Source of the DNA: a virus
DNA length: 42,984 nt
IMG/VR virus record: IMGVR_UViG_3300009690_000002
Strand: one strand, 5' to 3'
Part shown: positions 25,221-35,009 of the stretch, one piece after another
How positions within the stretch are numbered: position 1 is the first letter of the stretch
Layout: the number at the start of each line of letters is the position of its first letter
Notes under the pieces: generated by a model
What the model saw: only the letters and a program-made list of their open reading frames with translations
Told to the model about the DNA's origin: nothing
The model's database searches: none
Made by a program: the position numbers and the translations under genes

Positions 25221-25577
25221 ATGTCCTATAAAGGTGGAGATGGTATCTACCCACTAGATACAGGCACTCCTTGGATTGATGTATCTAGTGGATTACAAGC
25301 TGGATGGACCGCAGATACAGCGGTTGCTTATCGTTATGGTAATGTAGTTCATCTAGTGGTTAAGAACCTAGACTATGGTAGTGGTGGGGATGCTAATGCT
25401 CTCCAACTTCCTGTAGGTTTTCGTCCTGATTACACAATTGGTATTACGAATCAAGATACCTCTACAGTGGCAATCGGTACAATTACTGCAGCAGGAATGG
25501 TTACAGCATCCACATCAGCCGATAATATCGAGATTAGCGAAGTCTATCTCACGACAGGTGTTTGGCCATCTCTTTGA
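25221..25577 (+). CDS. Hypothetical virion protein (possible capsid decoration)
   Basis: 118 aa with a strong SD (GGAGATAATAATG). It follows the capsid gene directly and is followed by the strongest terminator in the genome. Confidence 0.5.
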   Translation: MSYKGGDGIYPLDTGTPWIDVSSGLQAGWTADTAVAYRYGNVVHLVVKNLDYGSGGDANALQLPVGFRPDYTIGITNQDTSTVAIGTITAAGMVTASTSADNIEISEVYLTTGVWPSL

Positions 25578-25600
25578 TAAAGTAGATAGCTAAACAAATA

Positions 25601-25658
25601 AGCCCCTGTAGGTCTAGGTTCCCAGCACCCCCTCTTAGACCTACAGGGGCTTTTTCTT
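25601..25658 (+). terminator. Rho-independent terminator after the capsid block
   Basis: 16-bp stem AGCCCCTGTAGGTCTA / TAGACCTACAGGGGCT with a 19-nt loop, followed by TTTTTCTT. Confidence 0.85.
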
Positions 25659-25670
25659 GAAAGGAACCTA

Positions 25671-25913
25671 ATGAGTATTTATCAAGAAGTTGGGCGTCGT
25701 GGAGCTTTGGCATCTGTTGTTGATGGCTCTACTAACTTGGGACCTACGGCTGGACTCTGGTCTGGGACTGGTGGAACAATTGTAGTTGTTATGGTGGATG
25801 ATCCAATCGCAACTACAACAACGTTCACTAATGTTGGAGCAGGGGTTTTTCTCCCCATTTCTATTAAGAAGTGGGTTAGCGGACCCTCAGATGCTGTGGC
25901 GTTGTTTGTATAA
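25671..25913 (+). CDS. Small structural protein (80 aa)
   Basis: ORF. The hydrophobic Gly/Val-rich sequence and the C-terminal 'FTNVGAGVFLPISIKKW' loosely recall small head-spike-base proteins. This is from memory and weak. Confidence 0.4.
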   Translation: MSIYQEVGRRGALASVVDGSTNLGPTAGLWSGTGGTIVVVMVDDPIATTTTFTNVGAGVFLPISIKKWVSGPSDAVALFV

Positions 25914-26041
25914 TGGCTGATCTATCCGCAACTCTCCCGAATGTTCAGGTATTTAATCAGAACGCTGAACCATATGTCTATGAAGATGGATTAGGAGTAA
26001 GTCCGCTAGGAACATCAGAACTTGGAGGTGAGGACGCATAA
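25913..26041 (+). CDS. Hypothetical small protein (42 aa; not in the ORF track)
   Basis: My translation is MADLSATLPNVQVFNQNAEPYVYEDGLGVSPLGTSELGGEDA. TAATG junctions occur at both ends. Confidence 0.4.
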   Translation: MADLSATLPNVQVFNQNAEPYVYEDGLGVSPLGTSELGGEDA

Positions 26042-27090
26042 TGTCTGCATTGGAAAATCTTCCAGCTAAAGGAAGTACTGATTGGTATGACCATTATGAA
26101 TCAATGGATGTACTTCTTAGAGCCATTGAAGATGATTACATCACATCAGAAGATGGAGCAACGGATGAAACTGCTGGAATTATCAAAGTTGCTGATGAAA
26201 CTGAGTTAGGGGAAGGAACAAGTAATACTACGGCTGTGAGTCCATATGGACTTGTATCCACGGTGGCTAGTTTAATTGCTGCTGCTGTAGATGAAATTGA
26301 AGCTGTGGCTGATGCTGCTAGCATTAGTGTTCTAGATGCTGACGAATACTACGTAGGGGAAACAGTAGAGGAAGTTCTCGCTGAATTAAATCCTGGGAAT
26401 TTCCTTTCTTCCACTAATGGGGGGTTGGAAGCTCTTTATACCCATAACTCTGTTTCTGGTCCAATTGTTCTAGATTTAGCTGAGGGATCTGTACAGAGGG
26501 TTATTACTGATGGGGAAGTCATTCTTTCAGTAGATCCCCCCACCACCTCCAAAGTTATTTCTTTTACACTGGTATATGATTGTGTAAACAATGGAGATGC
26601 TGTTACTTGGTTTTCTGATATCACATGGATGTCAGGACTAGAGGAAATTACATGGGTTGCCAATACCCGTAGAGTGTTTTCTTTCATCTCCTTGGATAGT
26701 GGCCTACACTGGTTAGGGTGGCACCTTACCCCAACACCAACTATCCAGAGCCAAACATATTCAGTATCCGGGGGGCTCTCAGATGAGAGTGGTCAGTTTA
26801 GGCTTTATAATGATTCTTTAAATGATAGGAAGATTACATCTGTTAGAGCTTCTGTAGGGACTGCTCCTACAGGGAGTAGCTTAATTGTGGATGTTAATAA
26901 AGGGGGTACAACAATTTATACTACACAAGCTAATCGTCCCACCATTAGTGTCTCTGGCTATACCTCAAAAACTGTACCCGATGTTTCCACTTGGGGGGTT
27001 GGGGAGTATCTGACGGTGGATATTGATCAAGTAGGGTCTACTGTTTCAGGATCTGATCTCACAGTAACAGTTTCTTATCAAGGGATTTAA
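26041..27090 (+). CDS. Tail-fibre-like structural protein
   Basis: 'AGIIKVADETELGEGTSNTTAVSPYGL' is a motif common near tail-fibre N-termini. 349 aa. Confidence 0.5.
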   Translation: MSALENLPAKGSTDWYDHYESMDVLLRAIEDDYITSEDGATDETAGIIKVADETELGEGTSNTTAVSPYGLVSTVASLIAAAVDEIEAVADAASISVLDADEYYVGETVEEVLAELNPGNFLSSTNGGLEALYTHNSVSGPIVLDLAEGSVQRVITDGEVILSVDPPTTSKVISFTLVYDCVNNGDAVTWFSDITWMSGLEEITWVANTRRVFSFISLDSGLHWLGWHLTPTPTIQSQTYSVSGGLSDESGQFRLYNDSLNDRKITSVRASVGTAPTGSSLIVDVNKGGTTIYTTQANRPTISVSGYTSKTVPDVSTWGVGEYLTVDIDQVGSTVSGSDLTVTVSYQGI

Positions 27091-29508
27091 ATGCATTCGT
27101 ATAAGATTCCTCCTCGAAATAACTATAATCTAGCTGGTTCAACTTTTGAAATTATCCCCCCCGAGGATGATGAAGATCCAGTACTGCACCCCCCTATCGT
27201 TGCTCAATATTCCACCAATAGTTCCAGGGGGAACCCAGTTGAGTTGGAGGGGGCTACCCTAGACAGTAATGTTTACATTTTCCTGGCTAATAATGATTCA
27301 GATATTTTGCGTGTTCAATTTTATGTTGACCCTGATGTCGATGATGAACAATTAGCGGATTGGGTAGCAGCCCCTAATGACTCAAAAGGTTCAGGTGACC
27401 CAGATAATGAGGCATTTGTTCGTGGAGATATTTCTTTCCCTTATGATTTAAAGGGAGGGACTGTAGCTGCCAATGTTTGGGATACACACACAGATCCAGC
27501 GAAAGGGAACAGGGTTTCTTTTGAAACAGATGGTTCCCACGTTCTTAAAGTTGCCATTATTTATCTTGATGGTACTACCCAGGTAGAATCCTTCTCCTTT
27601 GATGTTGACAACTCTGTATCAGCCCCTACACCGCCTGCCACACCCACAGGTCTTAGCTTAAGCACTCCGGTAAATTTCACTATTTACGCTAATTGGGATG
27701 ACAACTCTGAGGGTGACTTAGCTGGATATGATTATAGAATTGGGACGACTAATCCCCCAACAACAGCACCGATTTCAGTTGTTGGGTCAGAGGTTACTAT
27801 TACAGGACTGACTGGGGGAACCAATTATCGTGTCCAAGTTAGAGCTTATAATACTGCTGGACAAAGATCTGGGTGGTCCTCTGTAGTTTCAAAATCTGCC
27901 ACAGGAACAGGAGAGGAAGAACCTTCCACTATTGATTCTTGGATGGTTTTTGGTCCTGCCGGAGATGGTATTAACCCCAATCCTAATGCTTTGATCTATG
28001 GACTGACACAAAACTCTTACCCAACAGGTGTTGGTGGGGGTTCTGGTGCAACAGCTGAGTATCAAATGCCATGTTCTGGATCTTATTCTAATATGTCTAA
28101 GAAATCTACTGACTGGGCCGGGTTTGTTACTTCTGAGGCCACTAACCCAAACAAACCAGCCTCCGCTGTAGGTAGGTGGGCCAGCTTGACCACTAATGGA
28201 ACCTATCGTCTAAGGAAGATTCAACATCCATCTAACGGTGGTTTTGGAGCGACCCTGGCCACTCCAACATATGGAGGCCGTGGGACAGTTGGGTGTCATA
28301 TTGCTTCTAGACATCATAACTCTAAGACTTGGATTTACAACAATACTCTGAAAGCTTGGAAAAAAACTGATCTTTTAAAAGATCCCCAGAAAGATATGAG
28401 GGGATATACTGCTGGGGTTACTGGAACTTTGACCCATGCAGAAGATACTGTTCTGGCTATGGCTCAATTAGCTTCTGGCCTTTTTGATTCTAAGTTGGTT
28501 GCTCTTGGATACGCACTAGTAGATAACAGGAATGGGGGTGTTCAATATGGAGATTGGGTGGACCGGCTATTCTATAGGGTGACGTGGGAGTGTAGTGGTT
28601 ATTGGTCTACTGATTATATTGGTATTGATCCAAACCTAATTGGGTCGGTTACTCTTGAAAAAGCTGCCACGGGGGTTTTTAGTTTAGGATTAAGTTCCAG
28701 CGTCAAAACTCTTATTGGTAACCTTATTCAACCGGGGGACCCATATTATATGACGTTCAACCCAAACCCAGCCCTTGCTAGCACACCAGGATGGAGACAA
28801 CGAGGTATTTGTACTCATAATCCTTTGCTCCCATGTGTTCATGACCCAGATGCTGGTAAAGGTGGGGACCGCAGCATGTTAGCTGCTGCTGCCTATATTC
28901 GGTTTTTTGATACTGTCAACGCAGCTATTGCTGAACGATGCGCTTTCCGAGGGGTTCCTATTCGTAAATTTATTGGACGTCCTAACTTTTCCCATCCCGG
29001 TGCCACTCCTGAGAGTTTTGAGGATAGCCCTGGAGGAAATGATGGCTCAATTTATCGTCCATATGTGTGTTCTAATGAGATAAACCTACGGTTTCTCGAC
29101 ATTATTGGGAGAGACAGGATTCCATGTATTGATGTAGATTTCTATTGTAGATCTTCTCTACGTTCAATTGCAGCCTATGATAAATTGGCCACAGCCTTTG
29201 AAAATCTGATGAATAGGTATAAACGTCCTTTTGCTTCTGGAGAGTGTGGTTTCTCTAGAGCAGGGTCTGGGGCGTGTACTCCGAGTCAGCTAGGTGAATT
29301 TCTAGAATATTGGCATCATCCAGTTACTGGTTGGTTTGCTACTCACCCTGTTGCTTTTGTAGTTCACTTTACAAAGGGGGAAGATCTTACTATGAGGTAT
29401 TATCTTGATAAAGCTGAGGATAATACGGGAACCCCCAATCCTTGGCAGCTTATGAAAACTTATTATCCCGGTCGTGGTACAGCACCTAATACCTTCTGGG
29501 GGAGTTGA
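27091..29508 (+). CDS. Large tail spike/fibre protein with fibronectin type III domain and C-terminal enzyme-like domain
   Basis: 'PTGLSLS...YANWDDNSEGDLAGYDYRIG...VTITGLTGGTNYRVQVRAYNTAGQRSGWS' is FN3. The ~500-aa C-terminal half is Cys/Trp/Gly-rich, which could fit a glycanase or depolymerase. That part is inference. Confidence 0.55.
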   Translation: MHSYKIPPRNNYNLAGSTFEIIPPEDDEDPVLHPPIVAQYSTNSSRGNPVELEGATLDSNVYIFLANNDSDILRVQFYVDPDVDDEQLADWVAAPNDSKGSGDPDNEAFVRGDISFPYDLKGGTVAANVWDTHTDPAKGNRVSFETDGSHVLKVAIIYLDGTTQVESFSFDVDNSVSAPTPPATPTGLSLSTPVNFTIYANWDDNSEGDLAGYDYRIGTTNPPTTAPISVVGSEVTITGLTGGTNYRVQVRAYNTAGQRSGWSSVVSKSATGTGEEEPSTIDSWMVFGPAGDGINPNPNALIYGLTQNSYPTGVGGGSGATAEYQMPCSGSYSNMSKKSTDWAGFVTSEATNPNKPASAVGRWASLTTNGTYRLRKIQHPSNGGFGATLATPTYGGRGTVGCHIASRHHNSKTWIYNNTLKAWKKTDLLKDPQKDMRGYTAGVTGTLTHAEDTVLAMAQLASGLFDSKLVALGYALVDNRNGGVQYGDWVDRLFYRVTWECSGYWSTDYIGIDPNLIGSVTLEKAATGVFSLGLSSSVKTLIGNLIQPGDPYYMTFNPNPALASTPGWRQRGICTHNPLLPCVHDPDAGKGGDRSMLAAAAYIRFFDTVNAAIAERCAFRGVPIRKFIGRPNFSHPGATPESFEDSPGGNDGSIYRPYVCSNEINLRFLDIIGRDRIPCIDVDFYCRSSLRSIAAYDKLATAFENLMNRYKRPFASGECGFSRAGSGACTPSQLGEFLEYWHHPVTGWFATHPVAFVVHFTKGEDLTMRYYLDKAEDNTGTPNPWQLMKTYYPGRGTAPNTFWGS

Positions 29509-30176
29509 TGGTTTCATTTATCCAAGGTACTTCTAATACAGAGTCTAGTAAAAAGACTGTTACCTTTACTTTGGGCAGCGTTCCATTAGCTGGTGATGTT
29601 CTCGTTCTTTTTTGCATGGCTGGGTCTGCTTCTGTTGATGTGGCAGACATAGATGGTTGGATTAACCCCTTGGGTTCTGGGGTTGATATTGAAACTTCGG
29701 CCCATGAAGCATTTATTATGCTTCATTTAGTTACCCCAGTTGAGGCCGGAGCTAGTAAAGTTATTTGGACTCTCACCAATGTTTATTCCACTGCTAAAAA
29801 TTACTGGTGTGTAGTTGGGGTTTATAGGGGGGTCTCGAATTCTTCTCTGTTTGATGTTGTTGGGTCTAACCTGTATAGTTCAACTACTAACTCACCAGAA
29901 TTCCATACAGTTACACCTACAGTGACAGGGGGCCTCGTTCTTGGTATGGTTGCTAATGACTCAGGTCATGGGTCTAATAGCGCCCCTGTAGGTTGGACTT
30001 CAAACATTTATTCTGCCAGTGGTACTATGGTAGAAATTTTTAGCAGGGATGCCCCCTCAACATCTGGAGTAGCAACTGGAGATATCGTTGTTTCTGGAGC
30101 AACAGATGAAAAAATAACGATCACCCTAGTTCTTCCTAAACTTAGTTCCAGTAAGGGCTGGGGCATTACTAAATGA
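29505..30176 (+). CDS. Hypothetical structural protein (223 aa)
   Basis: ORF with an ATGA overlap to the upstream gene. Confidence 0.55.
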   Translation: MMVSFIQGTSNTESSKKTVTFTLGSVPLAGDVLVLFCMAGSASVDVADIDGWINPLGSGVDIETSAHEAFIMLHLVTPVEAGASKVIWTLTNVYSTAKNYWCVVGVYRGVSNSSLFDVVGSNLYSSTTNSPEFHTVTPTVTGGLVLGMVANDSGHGSNSAPVGWTSNIYSASGTMVEIFSRDAPSTSGVATGDIVVSGATDEKITITLVLPKLSSSKGWGITK

Positions 30177-30292
30177 AAGGTTTGTCATGATTCCATCCAC
30201 CACAAGTTATATGTACCCTGAGTTTGCATCTGAAATTTCTAACAGTGCAATTACCTGTCTCCCCGGATCATATGTAGAGGCCATTGAATACG

Positions 30293-30763
30293 ATGTCTAA
30301 TTTATTGGATGTTGGAACTGAGTACATTAATGTTGATGGTCAACTAGTAGAGCGTGATGCGTTACTAGTGGCTGAGGCAATTAATGATTATGACCCCACA
30401 CTGAGAGTAATTTGTGTGGACCCTGTAGGTTCTAATTTCAATGATGCTCCTTTTATCATTGCTCAGGTTTGTCCTGATGGTGTAATGAGACGTATCTTTG
30501 AAGCGTGGGAACTGAACAACTCAGTCCTACAGAGAATTGAAGCTGCTGATACTACTCGTCACGACGTCCAGGCTAAGATTGATTGGATTAATGCTGAGGC
30601 TACTAAAGCTTCTAAGTCACGGTACAAAGAGAAACGGGTCCTCATTCAAGATATGGGGGTTTCTTTACTTAAACACAGGAAATCATCATTTACATACAAG
30701 GACCCAGATACTGGGGAGTTTGTGACGATTTATGATGATAAGAGACCCGTTGAGAGGAAGTAA
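30293..30763 (+). CDS. Hypothetical protein (156 aa from ATG 30293; the ORF track starts at TTG 30284)
   Basis: ORF in the structural operon. Confidence 0.5.
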   Translation: MSNLLDVGTEYINVDGQLVERDALLVAEAINDYDPTLRVICVDPVGSNFNDAPFIIAQVCPDGVMRRIFEAWELNNSVLQRIEAADTTRHDVQAKIDWINAEATKASKSRYKEKRVLIQDMGVSLLKHRKSSFTYKDPDTGEFVTIYDDKRPVERK

Positions 30764-32022
30764 TGCCTGTAACTGTAGGGGATCTCGTACAGAGGATTCG
30801 CACGGATATTGGAGATCAGGGAAATATCTACACTAAGGATAATTTTCTAATCGATTGGATCAATGAGGCTGTCAGGGATATTTTCCGTGACACCTCATTA
30901 GGTCGTTTTAATGAAAAGTATTTCCCAATTGGTAAATTTCAGGGTCGGCCACAAACCCTTGCTTGGTTTGATGATTTTTCTTCCTATACTCCAGGGGGAG
31001 CCTTAGGAATTGAAGCTTCTGGTATCTGGATTGGGACTGACAAAGTTGATATTGATTTATATGAGACGGCAGTTATTTCAACTGGGGCTGGAAGCTTTGC
31101 TTCTAGGAAAGTGACTACTCCATATCATTCTTTTTCTGTGGATATTACTAGAGAGGTCACTGGATCTAGTGATGTTTATATCTTCTGTGGAGCTAATCTT
31201 GCCCCACCTAATCTTAGGCCAGTGACTGGGCTTTTCTTGTTTGTAACCGGATCTAATAGTGGGGGGGAGTTTACTGTCGAACTTCGTCATTTGGTTGGGG
31301 GTGTTTTCACAACTCTAGAGACATCTACAGGGGTTCCTATCTCCACTACTGGGACACTCTATCTAGAAATTCATGGTCGGGAGGTATATGCTAAGGTTGA
31401 TAATGATTTGATCTTTCAACATCAGATCACTGAGGAACAATCTAAGGTTCTAGACTTAGGTGTGGGATTCGGATCAGAACAGTCGGCTGATTTTCCTCTC
31501 TTTGATAATGCTGCAGCATATAAAACAGAACCAATGTTTGATGTGTACATTGATGAAATCACTTTCCCCAGAGAAGTGATGCAAATTCATAGCGTGCATA
31601 ATGGTGTTTCAATTTTAGAGGAAGTTCAGTATGACACTATTCTTCAGCAGCAGGGTCCAGCTTGGATTAGACAAACTGGGGAGTCTCCTTTGTATTATTG
31701 GAGAATTTATGACCGTGGGGTTACTAAAATTAAATTTACTCCCCCCCCTGTAGGTTCTAATGGTCTCTATATTTCCTACACCTACACCCCTGAGCAATTT
31801 ACTACATTATCACAATACCTTCGTGATATCCTTCCAGAATTTTACTCAGATGACATTGTTCGTTTCGCAGTGATGCGAGCACATGAAAGGAATAAGGATT
31901 TCCGAGCCTCTGAGAAAGCTCAGGAACATTATGCCTATAGTGTATATGATCGGGTAGATAAGAGCCGAGTTCTAGATGATTCATTCCAAGTAATTACACC
32001 TGATGAATACGATTACCTCTGA
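30763..32022 (+). CDS. Virion structural protein (possible adaptor or tail tubular protein)
   Basis: 419 aa, with TAATG/TGATG coupling to its neighbours. The role is a positional inference. Confidence 0.5.
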   Translation: MPVTVGDLVQRIRTDIGDQGNIYTKDNFLIDWINEAVRDIFRDTSLGRFNEKYFPIGKFQGRPQTLAWFDDFSSYTPGGALGIEASGIWIGTDKVDIDLYETAVISTGAGSFASRKVTTPYHSFSVDITREVTGSSDVYIFCGANLAPPNLRPVTGLFLFVTGSNSGGEFTVELRHLVGGVFTTLETSTGVPISTTGTLYLEIHGREVYAKVDNDLIFQHQITEEQSKVLDLGVGFGSEQSADFPLFDNAAAYKTEPMFDVYIDEITFPREVMQIHSVHNGVSILEEVQYDTILQQQGPAWIRQTGESPLYYWRIYDRGVTKIKFTPPPVGSNGLYISYTYTPEQFTTLSQYLRDILPEFYSDDIVRFAVMRAHERNKDFRASEKAQEHYAYSVYDRVDKSRVLDDSFQVITPDEYDYL

Positions 32023-33758
32023 TGACTGCCTATAGCGAAGAAAACATCAAATTAGACTTTAACAAGGGAATGTACACGGCTGACTTACACTCAGCAATCC
32101 CTAATGGGTATGCACAGAGGCTGTTTAACTTAATTGCCACTGGGACCTCCCTAGAGAATAGGAAAGGTCTCAAATCAACCAGTGTTTTTCAAAGTGAGCC
32201 CCCATCAGTCTCTCTTAATATAAGTCCAACCTTATATTATGCAGGTGGGGAATCTGGTAACAGTAATAACCCTATTCTTTTTGGAGAGGGAACGACTGTT
32301 GATGATAACTATCTCTTGATGGTTAGAGAGAGAGATCCAGATAATTTTACACAGGGAGATTGGTCAAATGGTACTACATATGTTCCTTTAACATCAGGTG
32401 GTAGTTATGCTTCTCTTATTGGAGCATTGAACTACAATGATCGAACATATGTGTTTACTACTGCAAAAATTTATAAGGTAACTGGGATCAACTGGAATGC
32501 TAATACTAGCACCAAGACGGAAATAACTGGACCTACAGGGCTGTTTTCTGAACCTATCCATTTTATGGATCGTTTGTGGGTAGCTGGGGGTAACACTCTG
32601 TACTATACAGATGCTATCTCATCTCCAGGGGCTTACCCAGAAACTTGGAATGTCGGTACCAATTTTATTAAAGTGATGGGTCGTCTTGGCGGAGGGAAGA
32701 TTTATAAATTAGTACCACTTGGTTCTAGAATCTATATTTTTACAAGTATTGGTCTTTTTGCTCTAACTATTACTGGTAGTCCAAGCGATTGGTACCTTCG
32801 TCCTATTGATGAGAAGGCTTGTGTAACGAGTAGAAACTGTGCTGTGGAAGTAGATGGGGTCATCTACTATGTGTCAAAATATGGTGTCTATGCTCTAATG
32901 GGAGGTGAGCGGGCTAAGTTGTCTGATGCAATTGGAAATTACTTTGTTACAGGTCCTATGTCAGATAACTTATATTCCAGTGATCATGAAGGGTTTGATT
33001 ACAGTCTCCATTTCATGGATAATGGATTATTGCTAAACATCTCTCACTATTTCTTTGATGAGGATTCCTATCCTTTTATTCAATATGGTAAAGATAAATC
33101 AGTAGTATTTTATGCCCGTCTTAATAGTCTGGCATGGACACTGTGGGACTTCTCTTCAGGTTCTGAGGGTATCACATTAGTTGGTGGCATTGCAGATAAC
33201 ATTTCTACTTATGTAGATAATGTTCCTGTTACTTTCCTTAATATTCTTCATACTCAGAGGACTATGGGGGACCCTGGTGAACCTCACTACTGTGAGATGT
33301 TTCAATATACTGGAACTCAAGATAGCTATATATATGATTCCCTTGGGGACCCGCTAGAGGGTCCTGTGTCTTATTATTCTCAGACCGATGACATTAAGTG
33401 TCATGTAACATCAGCCATTGTTCCTGCTGGTTCCCCCATAGAGTATAAGATTCTCAAGTACGCCTATCTTAATGTATATATGTCTAATTACATGACATAT
33501 TCTGATCCTGACTCTTGGAACTATTATTGGATTGCATGGCCGGATCAACATGGCCCCCACAATGATGAAATTCGTGAGTTGACCATAGAAAATGGAGATG
33601 CCTACAATTTCAATATGGTTAAACTAAATGCGGGATTTACTTTCCGAGTTCTGTATATTGGTTTGGAATTTTCCACGGCTTCTCACTCTCTGTTCAAAAT
33701 TAAAGAGCTCAATATGCTAATTCATGATCTTAGGGATGGTCCCTATGGCGTACAATAA
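32022..33758 (+). CDS. Virion structural protein (possible tail tubular/nozzle protein)
   Basis: 578 aa. The role is a positional inference. Confidence 0.5.
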   Translation: MTAYSEENIKLDFNKGMYTADLHSAIPNGYAQRLFNLIATGTSLENRKGLKSTSVFQSEPPSVSLNISPTLYYAGGESGNSNNPILFGEGTTVDDNYLLMVRERDPDNFTQGDWSNGTTYVPLTSGGSYASLIGALNYNDRTYVFTTAKIYKVTGINWNANTSTKTEITGPTGLFSEPIHFMDRLWVAGGNTLYYTDAISSPGAYPETWNVGTNFIKVMGRLGGGKIYKLVPLGSRIYIFTSIGLFALTITGSPSDWYLRPIDEKACVTSRNCAVEVDGVIYYVSKYGVYALMGGERAKLSDAIGNYFVTGPMSDNLYSSDHEGFDYSLHFMDNGLLLNISHYFFDEDSYPFIQYGKDKSVVFYARLNSLAWTLWDFSSGSEGITLVGGIADNISTYVDNVPVTFLNILHTQRTMGDPGEPHYCEMFQYTGTQDSYIYDSLGDPLEGPVSYYSQTDDIKCHVTSAIVPAGSPIEYKILKYAYLNVYMSNYMTYSDPDSWNYYWIAWPDQHGPHNDEIRELTIENGDAYNFNMVKLNAGFTFRVLYIGLEFSTASHSLFKIKELNMLIHDLRDGPYGVQ

Positions 33759-34296
33759 TAGTTCTTTCAATGATGTAGTTAAGGGATTAACACATGAGGA
33801 CCCTGACAGACATTTGATTGGGGAATCATTGCCAGCCCCTAAAAGTCCGCCCTTAAGTGGCGGGGCAGCTGCTGTAGGTGAGTCTCCTTTTCCAGCTAGA
33901 GCTGATCATGTTCATGCTCCATATTATGGACCGACATCTGTGTCTATTGGAACAATTGCATCTGCATCTGGTCACTTACCTCTCTACAGAAATAGTTCTA
34001 CAGGTGCTATTGTAGTTCTTAGTTCCAGGGAAGAACTTAAAGCATATATTGATGATCTCCCTGTAGGTATCATTAATGGGCTTCGACCTGTTAAGTTTAA
34101 GCCTAAAGAAGGTGGTCCTTGGCAATATGGGTTTATTGCTCAAGAAGTAGCTCAAATTGATACATCTCTTGGTGTATTCAATGAAAAAGGTGAGCCCATC
34201 TTCTATAATGAGCAGGGACTGTTAGCTGTTGCAGTAGCCGAGATTCAAAACCTTAAAGAACGAGTCAGATACCTAGAATCCAAACTTGCCCTGTAG
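33745..34296 (+). CDS. Short tail-fibre protein with C-terminal intramolecular-chaperone (Peptidase_S74-like) domain
   Basis: 'ARADHVHA', then 'GLRPVKFKPKEG..WQYGFIAQEVAQID...LLAVAVAEIQNLKERVRYLE', which fits the S74 chaperone-of-endosialidase domain. The stop codon is the TAG inside a CCTGTAGG word. Confidence 0.65.
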   Translation: MAYNNSSFNDVVKGLTHEDPDRHLIGESLPAPKSPPLSGGAAAVGESPFPARADHVHAPYYGPTSVSIGTIASASGHLPLYRNSSTGAIVVLSSREELKAYIDDLPVGIINGLRPVKFKPKEGGPWQYGFIAQEVAQIDTSLGVFNEKGEPIFYNEQGLLAVAVAEIQNLKERVRYLESKLAL

Positions 34297-34320
34297 GTCT
34301 AAATAAGGTACTCTTTTAGC

Positions 34321-34500
34321 ATGACTGAGGATATGAATACAGTAGCAAGGAAGTTCCTCCTTGGTCCTGACTCTCGTTCTTATCAAGGAATCTTCTCAAG
34401 GGGAGCTAATGTCTATGGACAAGGCTCTCCTTCTTCTATTTCCCCAAACCTTCGTAAGCTAGCGCTTAGGAAACTAAAGGAGCGGAGGTTTTCACGATGA
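34321..34500 (+). CDS. Hypothetical small basic protein (59 aa; not in the ORF track)
   Basis: My translation is MTEDMNTVARKFLLGPDSRSYQGIFSRGANVYGQGSPSSISPNLRKLALRKLKERRFSR. ATGA overlap downstream. Confidence 0.4.
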   Translation: MTEDMNTVARKFLLGPDSRSYQGIFSRGANVYGQGSPSSISPNLRKLALRKLKERRFSR

Positions 34501-34871
34501 GTCTAGGAGCTATTCAACTTAATTCTTTGTTTCGTAAGTACACTGGTCAACTTTCAGATATTTCTATGGCTGAGGCAGACCAAACTCGAAACTACCAATC
34601 TCAGATTAGAGATCTAGATACATCTCAACGTGTAGGCCAGAAGAAATTATCAGAGCGCAAGGCTACTCAAGGCATGGCTAACTCTGGAACTGCTCTAGAG
34701 GAACGTACTAATTTGGACAAGTCCTTTATTGATGCTCGCAGTGACCTACAGGGAAACTATAACAGTAACTTAGCCAAATTAGCTAAGCAACGATTGGATG
34801 CTAAAGCTGACTATGATGAGAACGTTGCTCTAGTAAATCTAACAGAACTTCTTAAGAAAGGTGGGCAGTGA
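34497..34871 (+). CDS. Hypothetical virion protein (124 aa)
   Basis: ORF, translationally coupled. Confidence 0.5.
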   Translation: MSLGAIQLNSLFRKYTGQLSDISMAEADQTRNYQSQIRDLDTSQRVGQKKLSERKATQGMANSGTALEERTNLDKSFIDARSDLQGNYNSNLAKLAKQRLDAKADYDENVALVNLTELLKKGGQ

Positions 34872-35008
34872 TGCCTGTTAATCCAAATGCTGGTACAGAT
34901 CTATTCAAAGCTGTCACCCGTGGTAAGCGTCCCCCAAAAAGTAAGAGCAGCAAAAGGGAAATTGAGGGACTTCGTAAGGCTGCCTCAAATCGTTTAAAGA
35001 GTCAGTGA
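34871..35008 (+). CDS. Hypothetical small basic protein (45 aa; not in the ORF track)
   Basis: My translation is MPVNPNAGTDLFKAVTRGKRPPKSKSSKREIEGLRKAASNRLKSQ. Confidence 0.35.
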   Translation: MPVNPNAGTDLFKAVTRGKRPPKSKSSKREIEGLRKAASNRLKSQ

Positions 35009-35009
35009 T

